Part shown: positions 1-9,394 of the stretch, piece after piece | Layout: the number at the start of each line of letters is the position of its first letter | Position numbering within the stretch: the first letter of the stretch is position 1 | Source of the DNA: an uncultured Oscillibacter sp. | Lineage (GTDB): Bacteria > Bacillota > Clostridia > Oscillospirales > Oscillospiraceae | Length of the DNA: 64,000 nucleotides | Direction: 5' to 3' | Assembly: GCA_905234565.1 (NCBI GenBank) | Contig: CAJOHW010000028.1 | Location: forward strand, 9,874 to 73,873 | Translations under genes and position numbers: made by a program | Notes under the pieces: model-generated | Told to the model about the DNA's origin: nothing | Databases searched by the model: none | The model's input: the letters and a program-made list of their open reading frames with translations, nothing else

Positions 1-147
1 TTGGACGCCCTGCCCGCCGGATGCCGCTTTGCCCCCCGTTGTCCCCGGCGGCAGGCGGTCTGCCAGGCGCAGAGACCGCCCCGGATTACCCGGGGCGGCA
101 GAACCGTGTATTGTCATCTTCCCATGTGGCCGGGAGAGGGGATCTAA
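1..147 (+). CDS. 3' end of an oligopeptide/dipeptide-type ABC transporter ATP-binding protein (partial; start lies outside the window)
   Basis: Frame 1 reads LDALPAGCRFAPRCPRRQAVCQAQRPPRITRGGRTVYCHLPMWPGEGI*. The P-x-GC-x-F-x-x-RCP...C...C string is the conserved C-terminal tail of OppD/DppD-like ATPases. Confidence 0.55.
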   Translation: MDALPAGCRFAPRCPRRQAVCQAQRPPRITRGGRTVYCHLPMWPGEGI

Positions 148-307
148 GGACTTGCGCAATAATAAGAGGCGCAACTATGGCGTAGTATCCGTCGTTCTGG
201 ACGAGGCGGCGGAGCGCCGCAATCCTTTGTGGATTGCAAGCGACGACAACGAAGTCCAGGGCGGCGGAGACAAGCCAGAGTGCGCAGATTATTGTTGCGC
301 AAGTCCT
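147..307. repeat. Long inverted repeat closing a ~123-nt GC-rich interior with nested hairpins; candidate structured RNA or miniature element
   Basis: aggacttgcgcaataataa (147-165) is the reverse complement of ttattgttgcgcaagtcct (289-307), apart from one T/G position. Interior pairs: ctggac/gtccag, gcaatcc-tttgt-ggattgc, gcggcg-gag-cgccgc, tccgtcg/cggcgga. Confidence 0.5.
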
Positions 308-321
308 AAGACAGTTCCCTC

Positions 322-2190
322 TTATCCCCCGGCGTGAGCGTATTTCTTCACGAAATCGTCTATGGCCAAGGGCTTGGAGAAATAGTAGCCTTGCAGGTAG
401 TCCGCCCCCAGGTCGCACAGGGCATCCGCCATTTCCTCCGTCTCAATGCCCTCCGCCGTAACCGTATAGTCCATCTCCTTGAAAGCCCGCACCACTGTGG
501 GCAGGAGAATGTCCCGGTCGTGGAAATAGCTCCACACCACTTCCATGTCCAGCTTGATGTTCACAAAGGGATACTGTTTCACCCGGGTCAGGTTGGAGTA
601 GCCGCTGCCGTAGTCATCTAAGGAGAACAGGAAGCCGTTCTCCCGGAGGATCCGGATCTGCTGTTCCAGGAGGGAGATGTCCAGCACCGCCTGCTCCGTG
701 ATCTCCAAGTGGATGACCTCCGCCGGAATGCCGTACTGGTCCAGAATGGTCAAAAACCGCTGGCTCAAGTCCTTGCGCATACACTGAATGGGGGACAGGT
801 TCACGTTCAGCCAAGACAGGCCCATGGCCTTCAAGTCATGGTCCCGGACAAACTGACAGGCTTTCTCTAAAATCTGCTCCCCCATAAGGTTGATGTACCC
901 GGTGCGCTCCGCGATGGGCACAAAGAGGCTGGGGGGCAGAATCCGCCCCTCCTCGTCCCGGATGCGGCACAGCACCTCCGCCCCGGACAGAGTCCGGGTT
1001 CTGCCGTCGATGAGGGGTTGGAGGAAGATCTCCACCTCGTTGCGCTCCACCGCCCGCTCCAAGGCCCGCTTTACGTCCACCTGACGGCCCATCTCCAAAA
1101 TACTGTCGGATTCGATGAGGCCCCCGGTGTCCGGAAGCAGGCCTTTTGTGTTGTCAAAGGCCATATAGAGACGGTTGAGGATGCCGTCCGCCGTGGCCAG
1201 GTCCGATTCCTCCCCGATCTCCACAAAGGCGATATTCAGATCCAGCTCCGCCTGGTCCGCCGCCCAGGGGGACTGGAACCGGTCATAGATGTCCGTGCGG
1301 ATCCGCTCCCAGTCCATGGACTGGGACCCCAGCAGGGCAAACCGCCCGCTGCGCAGATAAAACGCCTGGCACTCCGGAAACGTGTCCACCAGATACCGGC
1401 CAATCAAGGCCATGCCCCGGTCCATCTGCCGCCCGCCGTAGATTCCCCGGGTGTCGATGTAGTCCAGAATGGCGAAGGACAGGATCCGATAGGCCTTCTG
1501 CCGCTCCCGCAGAGCCTCCCGGAAGGCCCTGCCGTTGAAGGCGCTGCCCCGGTTGGACAGGTACAGCAGCGGGTTTTCAAAGGACAGAAACAGGAGGATC
1601 CCCCCCATGAGGCAGAAGGTCTCCCCCAGGGGCCGGGTGGCGTGGAAGATCCGGGCCAGGTTTCCCGCCAGAAGCATATGCTGGCAGAATACCGCCGAAA
1701 AGTATTCGCTGCGGTGCAGGAGGCCGGAGTGGCCCCGGATCAGGCGCAGGGATTCCATGGCGCACAGGCACTCCAGGCCGTGGGGCACCGCCCACAGATA
1801 CTCCGGAAGCAGTCCCGCCGTCACGGCCTCCATCAGGCACACCATGAGAATCTGGGCAAGGCCGAAGCCCGTCCAGGCCATGCGGGTCTGCCGGGGGACG
1901 GGGTCCAGGTGCAGGACCTGTACGGTGAAGCGGAGAAACCACCAGGACCGGGACAGGGACACCATCACGGACAGGGCGCACAGGAGATACACCCCGGCGC
2001 CCGGGGTTTCCGGATTGCTCAATGCCGCCCGGGTGAAGGCCAGGCCGCACACCGGAGCCAGGGTTTGCAGCACCAGCAGTTCCAGGAACACCCGGTTCCG
2101 GCGGCTTTTCAGCCGGGGCATGGCAAAGGTGTACGCCAGGATCACCAGCATCACCATGGTATTGGGCACCGCGTAAGTATCGTTCCACAT
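322..2190 (-). CDS. Membrane-anchored degenerate-GGDEF / EAL domain protein (putative c-di-GMP phosphodiesterase)
   Basis: 622-aa ORF. The N-terminal ~200 aa are hydrophobic helices. The middle GGDEF-like domain has RSGRF in place of GGDEF. The C-terminal EAL domain carries EIFLQPLI, DDYGSGYSNL, IKLD and EGIETEE motifs. Confidence 0.85.
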   Translation of the reverse strand: MWNDTYAVPNTMVMLVILAYTFAMPRLKSRRNRVFLELLVLQTLAPVCGLAFTRAALSNPETPGAGVYLLCALSVMVSLSRSWWFLRFTVQVLHLDPVPRQTRMAWTGFGLAQILMVCLMEAVTAGLLPEYLWAVPHGLECLCAMESLRLIRGHSGLLHRSEYFSAVFCQHMLLAGNLARIFHATRPLGETFCLMGGILLFLSFENPLLYLSNRGSAFNGRAFREALRERQKAYRILSFAILDYIDTRGIYGGRQMDRGMALIGRYLVDTFPECQAFYLRSGRFALLGSQSMDWERIRTDIYDRFQSPWAADQAELDLNIAFVEIGEESDLATADGILNRLYMAFDNTKGLLPDTGGLIESDSILEMGRQVDVKRALERAVERNEVEIFLQPLIDGRTRTLSGAEVLCRIRDEEGRILPPSLFVPIAERTGYINLMGEQILEKACQFVRDHDLKAMGLSWLNVNLSPIQCMRKDLSQRFLTILDQYGIPAEVIHLEITEQAVLDISLLEQQIRILRENGFLFSLDDYGSGYSNLTRVKQYPFVNIKLDMEVVWSYFHDRDILLPTVVRAFKEMDYTVTAEGIETEEMADALCDLGADYLQGYYFSKPLAIDDFVKKYAHAGG

Positions 2191-2441
2191 AGGCCTCTCC
2201 GTTCCTTCGGCGCGTTTCCTCTGCCGTCTCTCCCGCGTTTTGGGCAGCTTGATCTTTTTTCTCTCTACCTACTTTCCCATTCTTATAGTATATCACAGTC
2301 CGCCCCGGGCCGCAACTTTCTTTTCTGCGCTTTGCGCTTTCTTTTACGCTGTGATTGCACTTTGTTTCGCGTTGCTTTTGCCCCGCCGGAGGTGTATGAT
2401 AGGACCATCATCCGGAAGGGATTCACGGGAAGGAGCTTGTC

Positions 2442-2861
2442 ATGGAAAATCGGGAACCGGAGCTGCTGAAACTTCAGCGCAAAACCCTCTTTTACGCCCG
2501 TCTGGCCTGTTTCGCGGCGTCGATTTTGCTCTTGGCCTCCGTTGCGGCGGGGATTTTCGCGGCGGGAACCCTCCGCCGGGCGGAACACGCCCTGGAAACC
2601 GTCAACGATGTCCTCACCGCCGCCGGAACCCAGGACGCGGTCCGGTCCATAGCGGAGATCTCCCGGCGTTTGGAGGGACTGGATCTGGAGCGGCTGAACC
2701 AGGCCCTGGAAACCCTGGACGGGGCGGATCTCAGCCGCCTGGATGAGGCCCTGGAACTGCTGGACAGCGTGGACTTTGCCAAGCTCAACGAGGCCATCTC
2801 CCGCCTGGACTCCATCACCGGGCCTCTGTCCCGCTTTGCGAACCTGTGGGAGAGCCGCTGA
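2442..2861 (+). CDS. Small single-pass membrane protein with tandem ~15-aa L-E-x-L-D...L-x-x-L repeats (function unknown)
   Basis: 139-aa ORF with an SD (ggaaggag) 6 nt upstream. One TM segment (LACFAASILLLASVAAGIFAAG), then LEGLDLERLNQA / LETLDGADLSRLDEA / LELLDSVDFAKLNEA / ISRLDSI. Confidence 0.55.
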   Translation: MENREPELLKLQRKTLFYARLACFAASILLLASVAAGIFAAGTLRRAEHALETVNDVLTAAGTQDAVRSIAEISRRLEGLDLERLNQALETLDGADLSRLDEALELLDSVDFAKLNEAISRLDSITGPLSRFANLWESR

Positions 2862-2907
2862 GCGCACACATCTCAGCGCATACAAAAGAGAGAGGAGGGG
2901 GACGGCT

Positions 2908-3489
2908 GTGGCGGATACCTGGGAGGATCTGGAACGGGAGTGCGGACAGTGCCGGGGGTGCGCCCTGGCGGAACGGCGGACCCAGGTGGTCTTTGGCACC
3001 GGGTCCCGGACGGCGGAGATCCTGCTCATCGGAGAGGGCCCCGGACGGAATGAGGACCTTCAGGGGATCCCCTTTGTGGGGGCGGCGGGGCAGCTGCTGG
3101 ACGAGATGCTGGAAATGATCGGCCTGGACCGGACCAAGGTCTACATTGCCAACGTGGTGAAATGCCGTCCCCCGGGGAACCGGGATCCCCTGAACACGGA
3201 ACAGGCCGTGTGCCTGCCCTGGCTCCGGCGTCAGACCGCCCTGCTGCGGCCCAAACTCATCGTCTGTCTGGGACGCATCGCGGCGAAGGCCATTATCAAG
3301 GAGGACTTCCGCATTGCCGCCGAGCATGGCCAGTGGTTTCAGAGGGGCGGCGTGTATCTGACCGCCATTTACCATCCTGCGGCTCTGCTGCGGGATTTGG
3401 GAAAGCGTCCGGAGACTTTTGAGGACTTGAAAGCCATTCAGGGGAAAATCCGGGAGATCTGCTCTAAGACCGAACTGTCCGTGCCGTGA
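2908..3489 (+). CDS. Uracil-DNA glycosylase, family 4
   Basis: GTG at 2908 preceded by aggaggggg. Motifs CGQCRGCAL, LLIGEGPGRNEDLQGIPFVGAAGQLL and ANVVKCRPPGNRDP are typical of family-4 UDG. The upstream part of the 2743 ORF overlaps the preceding gene and is unlikely to be coding. Confidence 0.85.
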   Translation: MADTWEDLERECGQCRGCALAERRTQVVFGTGSRTAEILLIGEGPGRNEDLQGIPFVGAAGQLLDEMLEMIGLDRTKVYIANVVKCRPPGNRDPLNTEQAVCLPWLRRQTALLRPKLIVCLGRIAAKAIIKEDFRIAAEHGQWFQRGGVYLTAIYHPAALLRDLGKRPETFEDLKAIQGKIREICSKTELSVP

Positions 3490-3515
3490 AAGCACAAGGC
3501 CGAAAAACGAAAAGA

Positions 3516-3556
3516 AACGCCCCGGCGGAACCGCAGTCTCCACCGGGGCGTTTTCT
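3516..3556. terminator. Bidirectional rho-independent terminator between convergent genes
   Basis: aacgccccgg ... ccggggcgtt stem followed by a tttt run. Confidence 0.6.
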
Positions 3557-3577
3557 ATCTTTAAGAATCCGGTTTTC

Positions 3578-4021
3578 TCACCGGGCCTGGGCCAGGATCT
3601 CATAGAGAATCCGGTAGAGGGCCTGGCCGTCCTCTATGGACAGGGGCGTGGTCTCCGCAATGCGGACCGGGATCTTCACCGCCTGGTCCCGCAGGGCCAT
3701 GCCCGTCTCCGTGGGCGACACCAGCAGGCTCCGCTCATCCTCCGGATCCCGCCGCCGGGTGAGATACCCCTTGGATTCCAGACGTTTGAGCAGAGGGGTC
3801 AAGGTGCCGGAGTCCAAGTGCAGCATCCCCCCCAGGGCCTTGGCCGTGACACAGCCGTGTTCCCACAGGACCATCATGGTCAAATACTGGGTATAGGTCA
3901 GCCCTAAGGGATCCAACAGGGATTTGTACTGCCGGATGATCTCCCGGGAACAGGCATACAGGGGAAAGCACAGCTGGTTTTCCAGCCGGAGGCTTTCATA
4001 TGGGGTGCTTTGCGGGATCAC
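3578..4021 (-). CDS. ohrR: MarR-family organic-hydroperoxide-sensing repressor (OhrR-like)
   Basis: LENQLCFPLYACSREIIRQYKSLLDPLGLTYTQYLTMMVLWEH...LDSGTLTPLLKRLESKGYLTRRRDPEDERS closely follows B. subtilis OhrR, including the reactive Cys in the LCF motif. I chose the GTG at 4021, 5 nt after the flavodoxin stop; the track's TTG at 4060 would overlap flavodoxin. Confidence 0.8.
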   Translation of the reverse strand: MIPQSTPYESLRLENQLCFPLYACSREIIRQYKSLLDPLGLTYTQYLTMMVLWEHGCVTAKALGGMLHLDSGTLTPLLKRLESKGYLTRRRDPEDERSLLVSPTETGMALRDQAVKIPVRIAETTPLSIEDGQALYRILYEILAQAR

Positions 4022-4025
4022 GCGG

Positions 4026-4445
4026 TTACTGCCCCGCTTTCTTGACGGCCAGCTTCGCAAAGGCCGCCGCCCGGGTCAGATCCCCCTCATTGGGGCGTCC
4101 CCGGTGCAGCAGGGCAAAGGAGCCCCGGCAGTGGAACTCCCGCTCCGAGAGCCGGATGCCGCACTCCTCCGCCAGCTTGCGGATCTGGGGATAGGTGGAG
4201 GGCAGCAGGGCGGCGGTGCTGAAGCTGTACAGGGTGCCGATCTTGTCCGCGTTGCGGCGGAGGAAGCGCTTCACTTCCTCATCCACCCCGGCGGCGTAGA
4301 CCGCGCTGCCCAAAAACACCATCTCCGTCTTTTCCTCTAAGGGACGCTCCACCGTCTCCGCCTTGACGCCCAGTGCCTGGGCAATGGCCTCCGCCACTTT
4401 TTTCGTGTTCCCGCCCCGGGAGTAGTACCGGACCGCGATTTTCAT
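4026..4445 (-). CDS. Flavodoxin-family protein
   Basis: Only the last 139 aa of the 338-aa track ORF look coding: MKIAVRYYSRGGNTKKVAEAIAQALG... (flavodoxin N-terminal phosphate-binding loop). ATG at 4445. Confidence 0.75.
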   Translation of the reverse strand: MKIAVRYYSRGGNTKKVAEAIAQALGVKAETVERPLEEKTEMVFLGSAVYAAGVDEEVKRFLRRNADKIGTLYSFSTAALLPSTYPQIRKLAEECGIRLSEREFHCRGSFALLHRGRPNEGDLTRAAAFAKLAVKKAGQ

Positions 4446-4543
4446 GGACTGTCCTCTCCTTCCGTTTCTCTCCCGCCCCGAATGAGCGGGACGGGATGCC
4501 TTGTGCTTTCCGGGCGCTGAGCGCCCCTGATGGAACCCGTTTT

Positions 4544-4810
4544 TTACGGTTCCCCGCTCTGGGCGGCCCGGGCCGCCTGGACCGCTTTGGCCAGCTGGTC
4601 GCCGCAGGAGGTGTTTTTCGCCCCGCAGCGGATGCCGGAGAGCTTCTCGGCCACCTGGTCCACCGTCAGCCCCTCCACCAGAATGGGAATGGCTTTCAGA
4701 TTGCCGTCGCACCCGCCAAAAAAGCGGACGTTGTGGACCGTGTCCCCGTCCAGGTCCAGACTGATCTGCCGGGCGCAGGTGCCCCGGGTCTGATAGTCGA
4801 AATGCGTCAT
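4544..4810 (-). CDS. TSCPD-domain protein (TIGR03905-like small protein)
   Basis: MTHFDYQTRGTCARQISLDLDGDTVHNVRFFGGCDGNLKAIPILVEGLTVDQV...GIRCGAKNTSCGDQLAKAV, 88 aa, ATG at 4810. Confidence 0.7.
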   Translation of the reverse strand: MTHFDYQTRGTCARQISLDLDGDTVHNVRFFGGCDGNLKAIPILVEGLTVDQVAEKLSGIRCGAKNTSCGDQLAKAVQAARAAQSGEP

Positions 4811-4944
4811 CACACTGCCTCCGTTTTTGCAAAGGAATTGCGCACAATTTATATCTATCCGTATTGTACACACAAGCCCGCCCCTTGTCAAGCCCCCGTA
4901 ACAGGCAAAATCCACAGCGCCTCCCGGGAAAGTTCAGGTTTCTC

Positions 4945-4973
4945 TTGTAAAAATAGACGGTTTGTGGTATGAT
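4945..4973 (+). promoter_or_regulatory. Sigma-A-type promoter for the ATPase cassette
   Basis: TTGTAA (4945-4950), 17-nt spacer, TGgTATGAT extended -10 (TATGAT at 4968-4973), 45 nt upstream of the ATG at 5019. Confidence 0.5.
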
Positions 4974-5018
4974 ATAGGGAGAGGGTTCATATCGTTCGGA
5001 ACAGGAGGCGCTGGCACT

Positions 5019-6410
5019 ATGGAAAACCGCTGGACACTGCATATTGAGGAATTCGGACGGATCAAGGAGGCCGACGTGACGGTGGGGCCCCTGACGCTGT
5101 TCGTGGGGGACAACAACAGCGGTAAGAGCTATTTGATGGCGTTGATCTATGCCCTGCTGGGATTAGACTTTGGCCCTTTTGACTTTATGCGTCCTGAGAA
5201 CAGCTTTGACTTGTGTCGGGAATCCCCCGCCTATGAAAAGTGCATGGAATGGATCCAAGCCGGAATCGAAGCAGCAAAGTCCAAGGGAGCCGTGCAGCTT
5301 CCCCTCTCCCATGACGCACTTTCATCCTTCAAAGAACTTTTGTGCGCAGTCCTAAAAAAGAACTGGCTCCTAATTTCCAAACTGGCCTTTAACGAAGAAA
5401 TCTCGATTGGGGATATTTCCATTTCCTTTCCCGATACGTACACCCCACAGTATGTGTTTCGATATACCGAGGATTCTGTCAGAGAAAGCCCAACTTTTTA
5501 TCTTTACGTTGGCGGCAGAGACGATCATAACGTCCCAAGCTTGAAAGAAAATGACTATCAGGCCGGACTTTGGGAGCGTTTCCTCCGTTATCTGTTGGGA
5601 AGCCTTGTCAGGCAGGATTTCCGGGATTCCGGCTTACGAGATTTGACCTTTCTCCCCACTTCCCGGACCGGCTTCCTCTTGACCTATCGCACTTTGACGG
5701 GAAACGCGATGGACCAAATGTATCAAGGTGGGAATTTGCTGTATTCTGATCGGCTCACCCGGCCTTGCAGTGACTTTTTAAGCGCTCTTACCTGGATATC
5801 TCCGGAAAACGCAGGCAAAAAATATGTAGATCTCATCCGGTTTATGGAGAAAACCATGTTGGAAGGCCGCATTGTCCGAACCGGTCCCGGGCCGCTGGCC
5901 TCCTACGTCTACAGGCCCTCCGGACAAGATACGGAGATTCCCATGTTCCTGTCCTCCGGCGTGGTGACGGAACTGACACCCCTGCTCCTGATGCTTCAAT
6001 ATAAGCCAGCGCTCTCCACCCTCTTTATTGAGGAACCGGAGATGGCCCTGCACCCGGCCCTGCAAAAGCGGATGGCCCAGGTGCTGATCCGCCTGTGCAA
6101 TACGGGCACCCCCGTGTTCGCCACCACCCACAGCGACACCATTTTGCAGCACGTCAATGACATGATCATGCTCAGCCGCCAGCCGGAAGAACAGCGCAGA
6201 AAGCTGATGGAAACATTTTACTATGAGGAATCGGACCTGATCGGGGCGGAGGACGTGTCCATGTATGAGCTCACAAACCTGCCGGACGGTTCCTCCTCCC
6301 TCCACGCCTGTTCCGCCTATGAATATGGCTTTGAGGTTCCCCGATTTATCGATGCCCTGGATCAGATGCTGAACGAATCCCGGGCCTTTGAGCCGGATCC
6401 GGAGGCGTGA
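5019..6410 (+). CDS. ABC/OLD-class AAA ATPase (AAA_15/AAA_21-like), defence-type architecture
   Basis: SD aggagg lies 10 nt upstream of the ATG at 5019. Walker A is LFVGDNNSGKSYL, Walker B/D-loop is LFIEEPEMALHP, then ATTHSD. A long variable insert lies between the Walker motifs. The N-terminal half is markedly AT-rich. Confidence 0.8.
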   Translation: MENRWTLHIEEFGRIKEADVTVGPLTLFVGDNNSGKSYLMALIYALLGLDFGPFDFMRPENSFDLCRESPAYEKCMEWIQAGIEAAKSKGAVQLPLSHDALSSFKELLCAVLKKNWLLISKLAFNEEISIGDISISFPDTYTPQYVFRYTEDSVRESPTFYLYVGGRDDHNVPSLKENDYQAGLWERFLRYLLGSLVRQDFRDSGLRDLTFLPTSRTGFLLTYRTLTGNAMDQMYQGGNLLYSDRLTRPCSDFLSALTWISPENAGKKYVDLIRFMEKTMLEGRIVRTGPGPLASYVYRPSGQDTEIPMFLSSGVVTELTPLLLMLQYKPALSTLFIEEPEMALHPALQKRMAQVLIRLCNTGTPVFATTHSDTILQHVNDMIMLSRQPEEQRRKLMETFYYEESDLIGAEDVSMYELTNLPDGSSSLHACSAYEYGFEVPRFIDALDQMLNESRAFEPDPEA

Positions 6411-6411
6411 C

Positions 6412-7050
6412 ATGATACGGTTTACCAAAGAACTGGATCCGTTTTTTGATCTGCTGGATCCGAAAAAATGCATCTACTATGGCCCGGGACAGTCCTTTGA
6501 CCTGATAGAGAAGAAAAAAGGCGGAGAGGCAAAAATTACCGTGAAGAGCACAGCGTTTCCCTGTTTTTATGTGCCCAACGCGGACGATTTCTGTCGGTTC
6601 CTTCTGCTGAATGAGGACGCGGTGACAGGCAGAGAGCGGGTACGCCGGTGCGCGGATCATATGGTGTTCGTGTATGATCCCGGCACAGGGCGCTGGTCCG
6701 TCCATCTCTTTGAACTGACCAAATCCGTCTCCCAGAGCGTTTGGGAGGAAAAAGTCCTGGTGCAGTTCACCGGGGCGCTGATCCGGGCCTGCGCCGTGGC
6801 CGGAGTTTTGCAAATCCACGGCTTCCTCCACCTCTATCTGCACTGCGGCTTCCGAAACAGCGCCGCTTCCGCCAATTTCGCGGAAAAACGGCGCAGACTG
6901 GGAAAAGCCGCCCCGTCGGACTGGCAAAACGATTCAGTCATTCTCTACGCCCCATTTCACGGGAAGGAGTTTCAGCAAATCCTCAAAAACTGCCCCCTCC
7001 AACTGGACCGGGACACCGGGTTCGCAGAACTGGAAAGCCTGGAACTGTAA
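6412..7050 (+). CDS. Hypothetical 212-aa protein translationally coupled to the ATPase (candidate effector)
   Basis: The ATG at 6412 sits 1 nt after the ATPase TGA and is preceded by ggaggcg. I recognise no domain. It contains a weak VFVYD-x11-ELTK string. Confidence 0.6.
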   Translation: MIRFTKELDPFFDLLDPKKCIYYGPGQSFDLIEKKKGGEAKITVKSTAFPCFYVPNADDFCRFLLLNEDAVTGRERVRRCADHMVFVYDPGTGRWSVHLFELTKSVSQSVWEEKVLVQFTGALIRACAVAGVLQIHGFLHLYLHCGFRNSAASANFAEKRRRLGKAAPSDWQNDSVILYAPFHGKEFQQILKNCPLQLDRDTGFAELESLEL

Positions 7051-7103
7051 CCGCTGCCCCCACTCCCCATTTTCCCCGTCTCCTCCAACCGTCCGTTAAA
7101 GTT

Positions 7104-7129
7104 TTCACGGGATTTCTTGTGCCCGTGAA
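7104..7129 (+). terminator. Hairpin downstream of the cassette (possible terminator)
   Basis: ttcacggg-atttcttgtg-cccgtgaa: perfect 8-bp stem with only a weak T-tract after it. Confidence 0.35.
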
Positions 7130-7203
7130 CGATCAGCTTTCCCGTCCGCTGCCGTGCCAGTGAGTTGAAATGTGGCAAATCTGAAAGAGCGCGAATAAAA
7201 CAA
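7116..7203 (+). repeat. Interspersed repeat family, copy A (ends just before the hppA SD)
   Basis: tttcccgtccgctgccgtgccagtgagttgaaatgtggcaaatctgaaagagcgcgaataaaaca is ~85% identical by eye to 27164-27245. Its two ends recur at 36060-36096. Confidence 0.55.
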
Positions 7204-7215
7204 GGAGGGCTGAAC

Positions 7216-9327
<2,112 letters not shown>

Positions 9328-9345
9328 CCAATTCACTCGAAATAC

Positions 9346-9380
9346 AAGGGGCCTCCGGCTTTGCCGGAGGCCCCTTTTGT
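9346..9380. terminator. Bidirectional rho-independent terminator
   Basis: aaggggcctccgg-ctttg-ccggaggcccctt followed by ttgt; lies between convergent hppA and the SLH gene. Confidence 0.6.
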
Positions 9381-9394
9381 AATGCGCTGTACCT

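Noticed and set aside
29-461. Three small overlapping ORFs (29-337, 86-418, 234-461) at the left edge
   Set aside because: They span the ABC-gene tail, the structured intergenic element and the 3' end of the EAL gene. Their translations are Arg/Pro-rich, and none has an SD.
4446-5042. N-terminal 199 aa of the 338-aa ORF 4026-5042, and the 4811-4915 extension of the TSCPD ORF
   Set aside because: The extensions read through neighbouring genes and promoter DNA with non-protein-like composition. Clean internal ATG starts give full-length flavodoxin (139 aa) and TSCPD (88 aa) proteins.
4945-7203. ATPase cassette as part of a prophage, IS element or integrative element
   Set aside because: There is no integrase, transposase, terminal inverted repeat or tRNA attachment site next to it. 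The only supports for foreign origin are the composition shift and the adjacent interspersed repeat.
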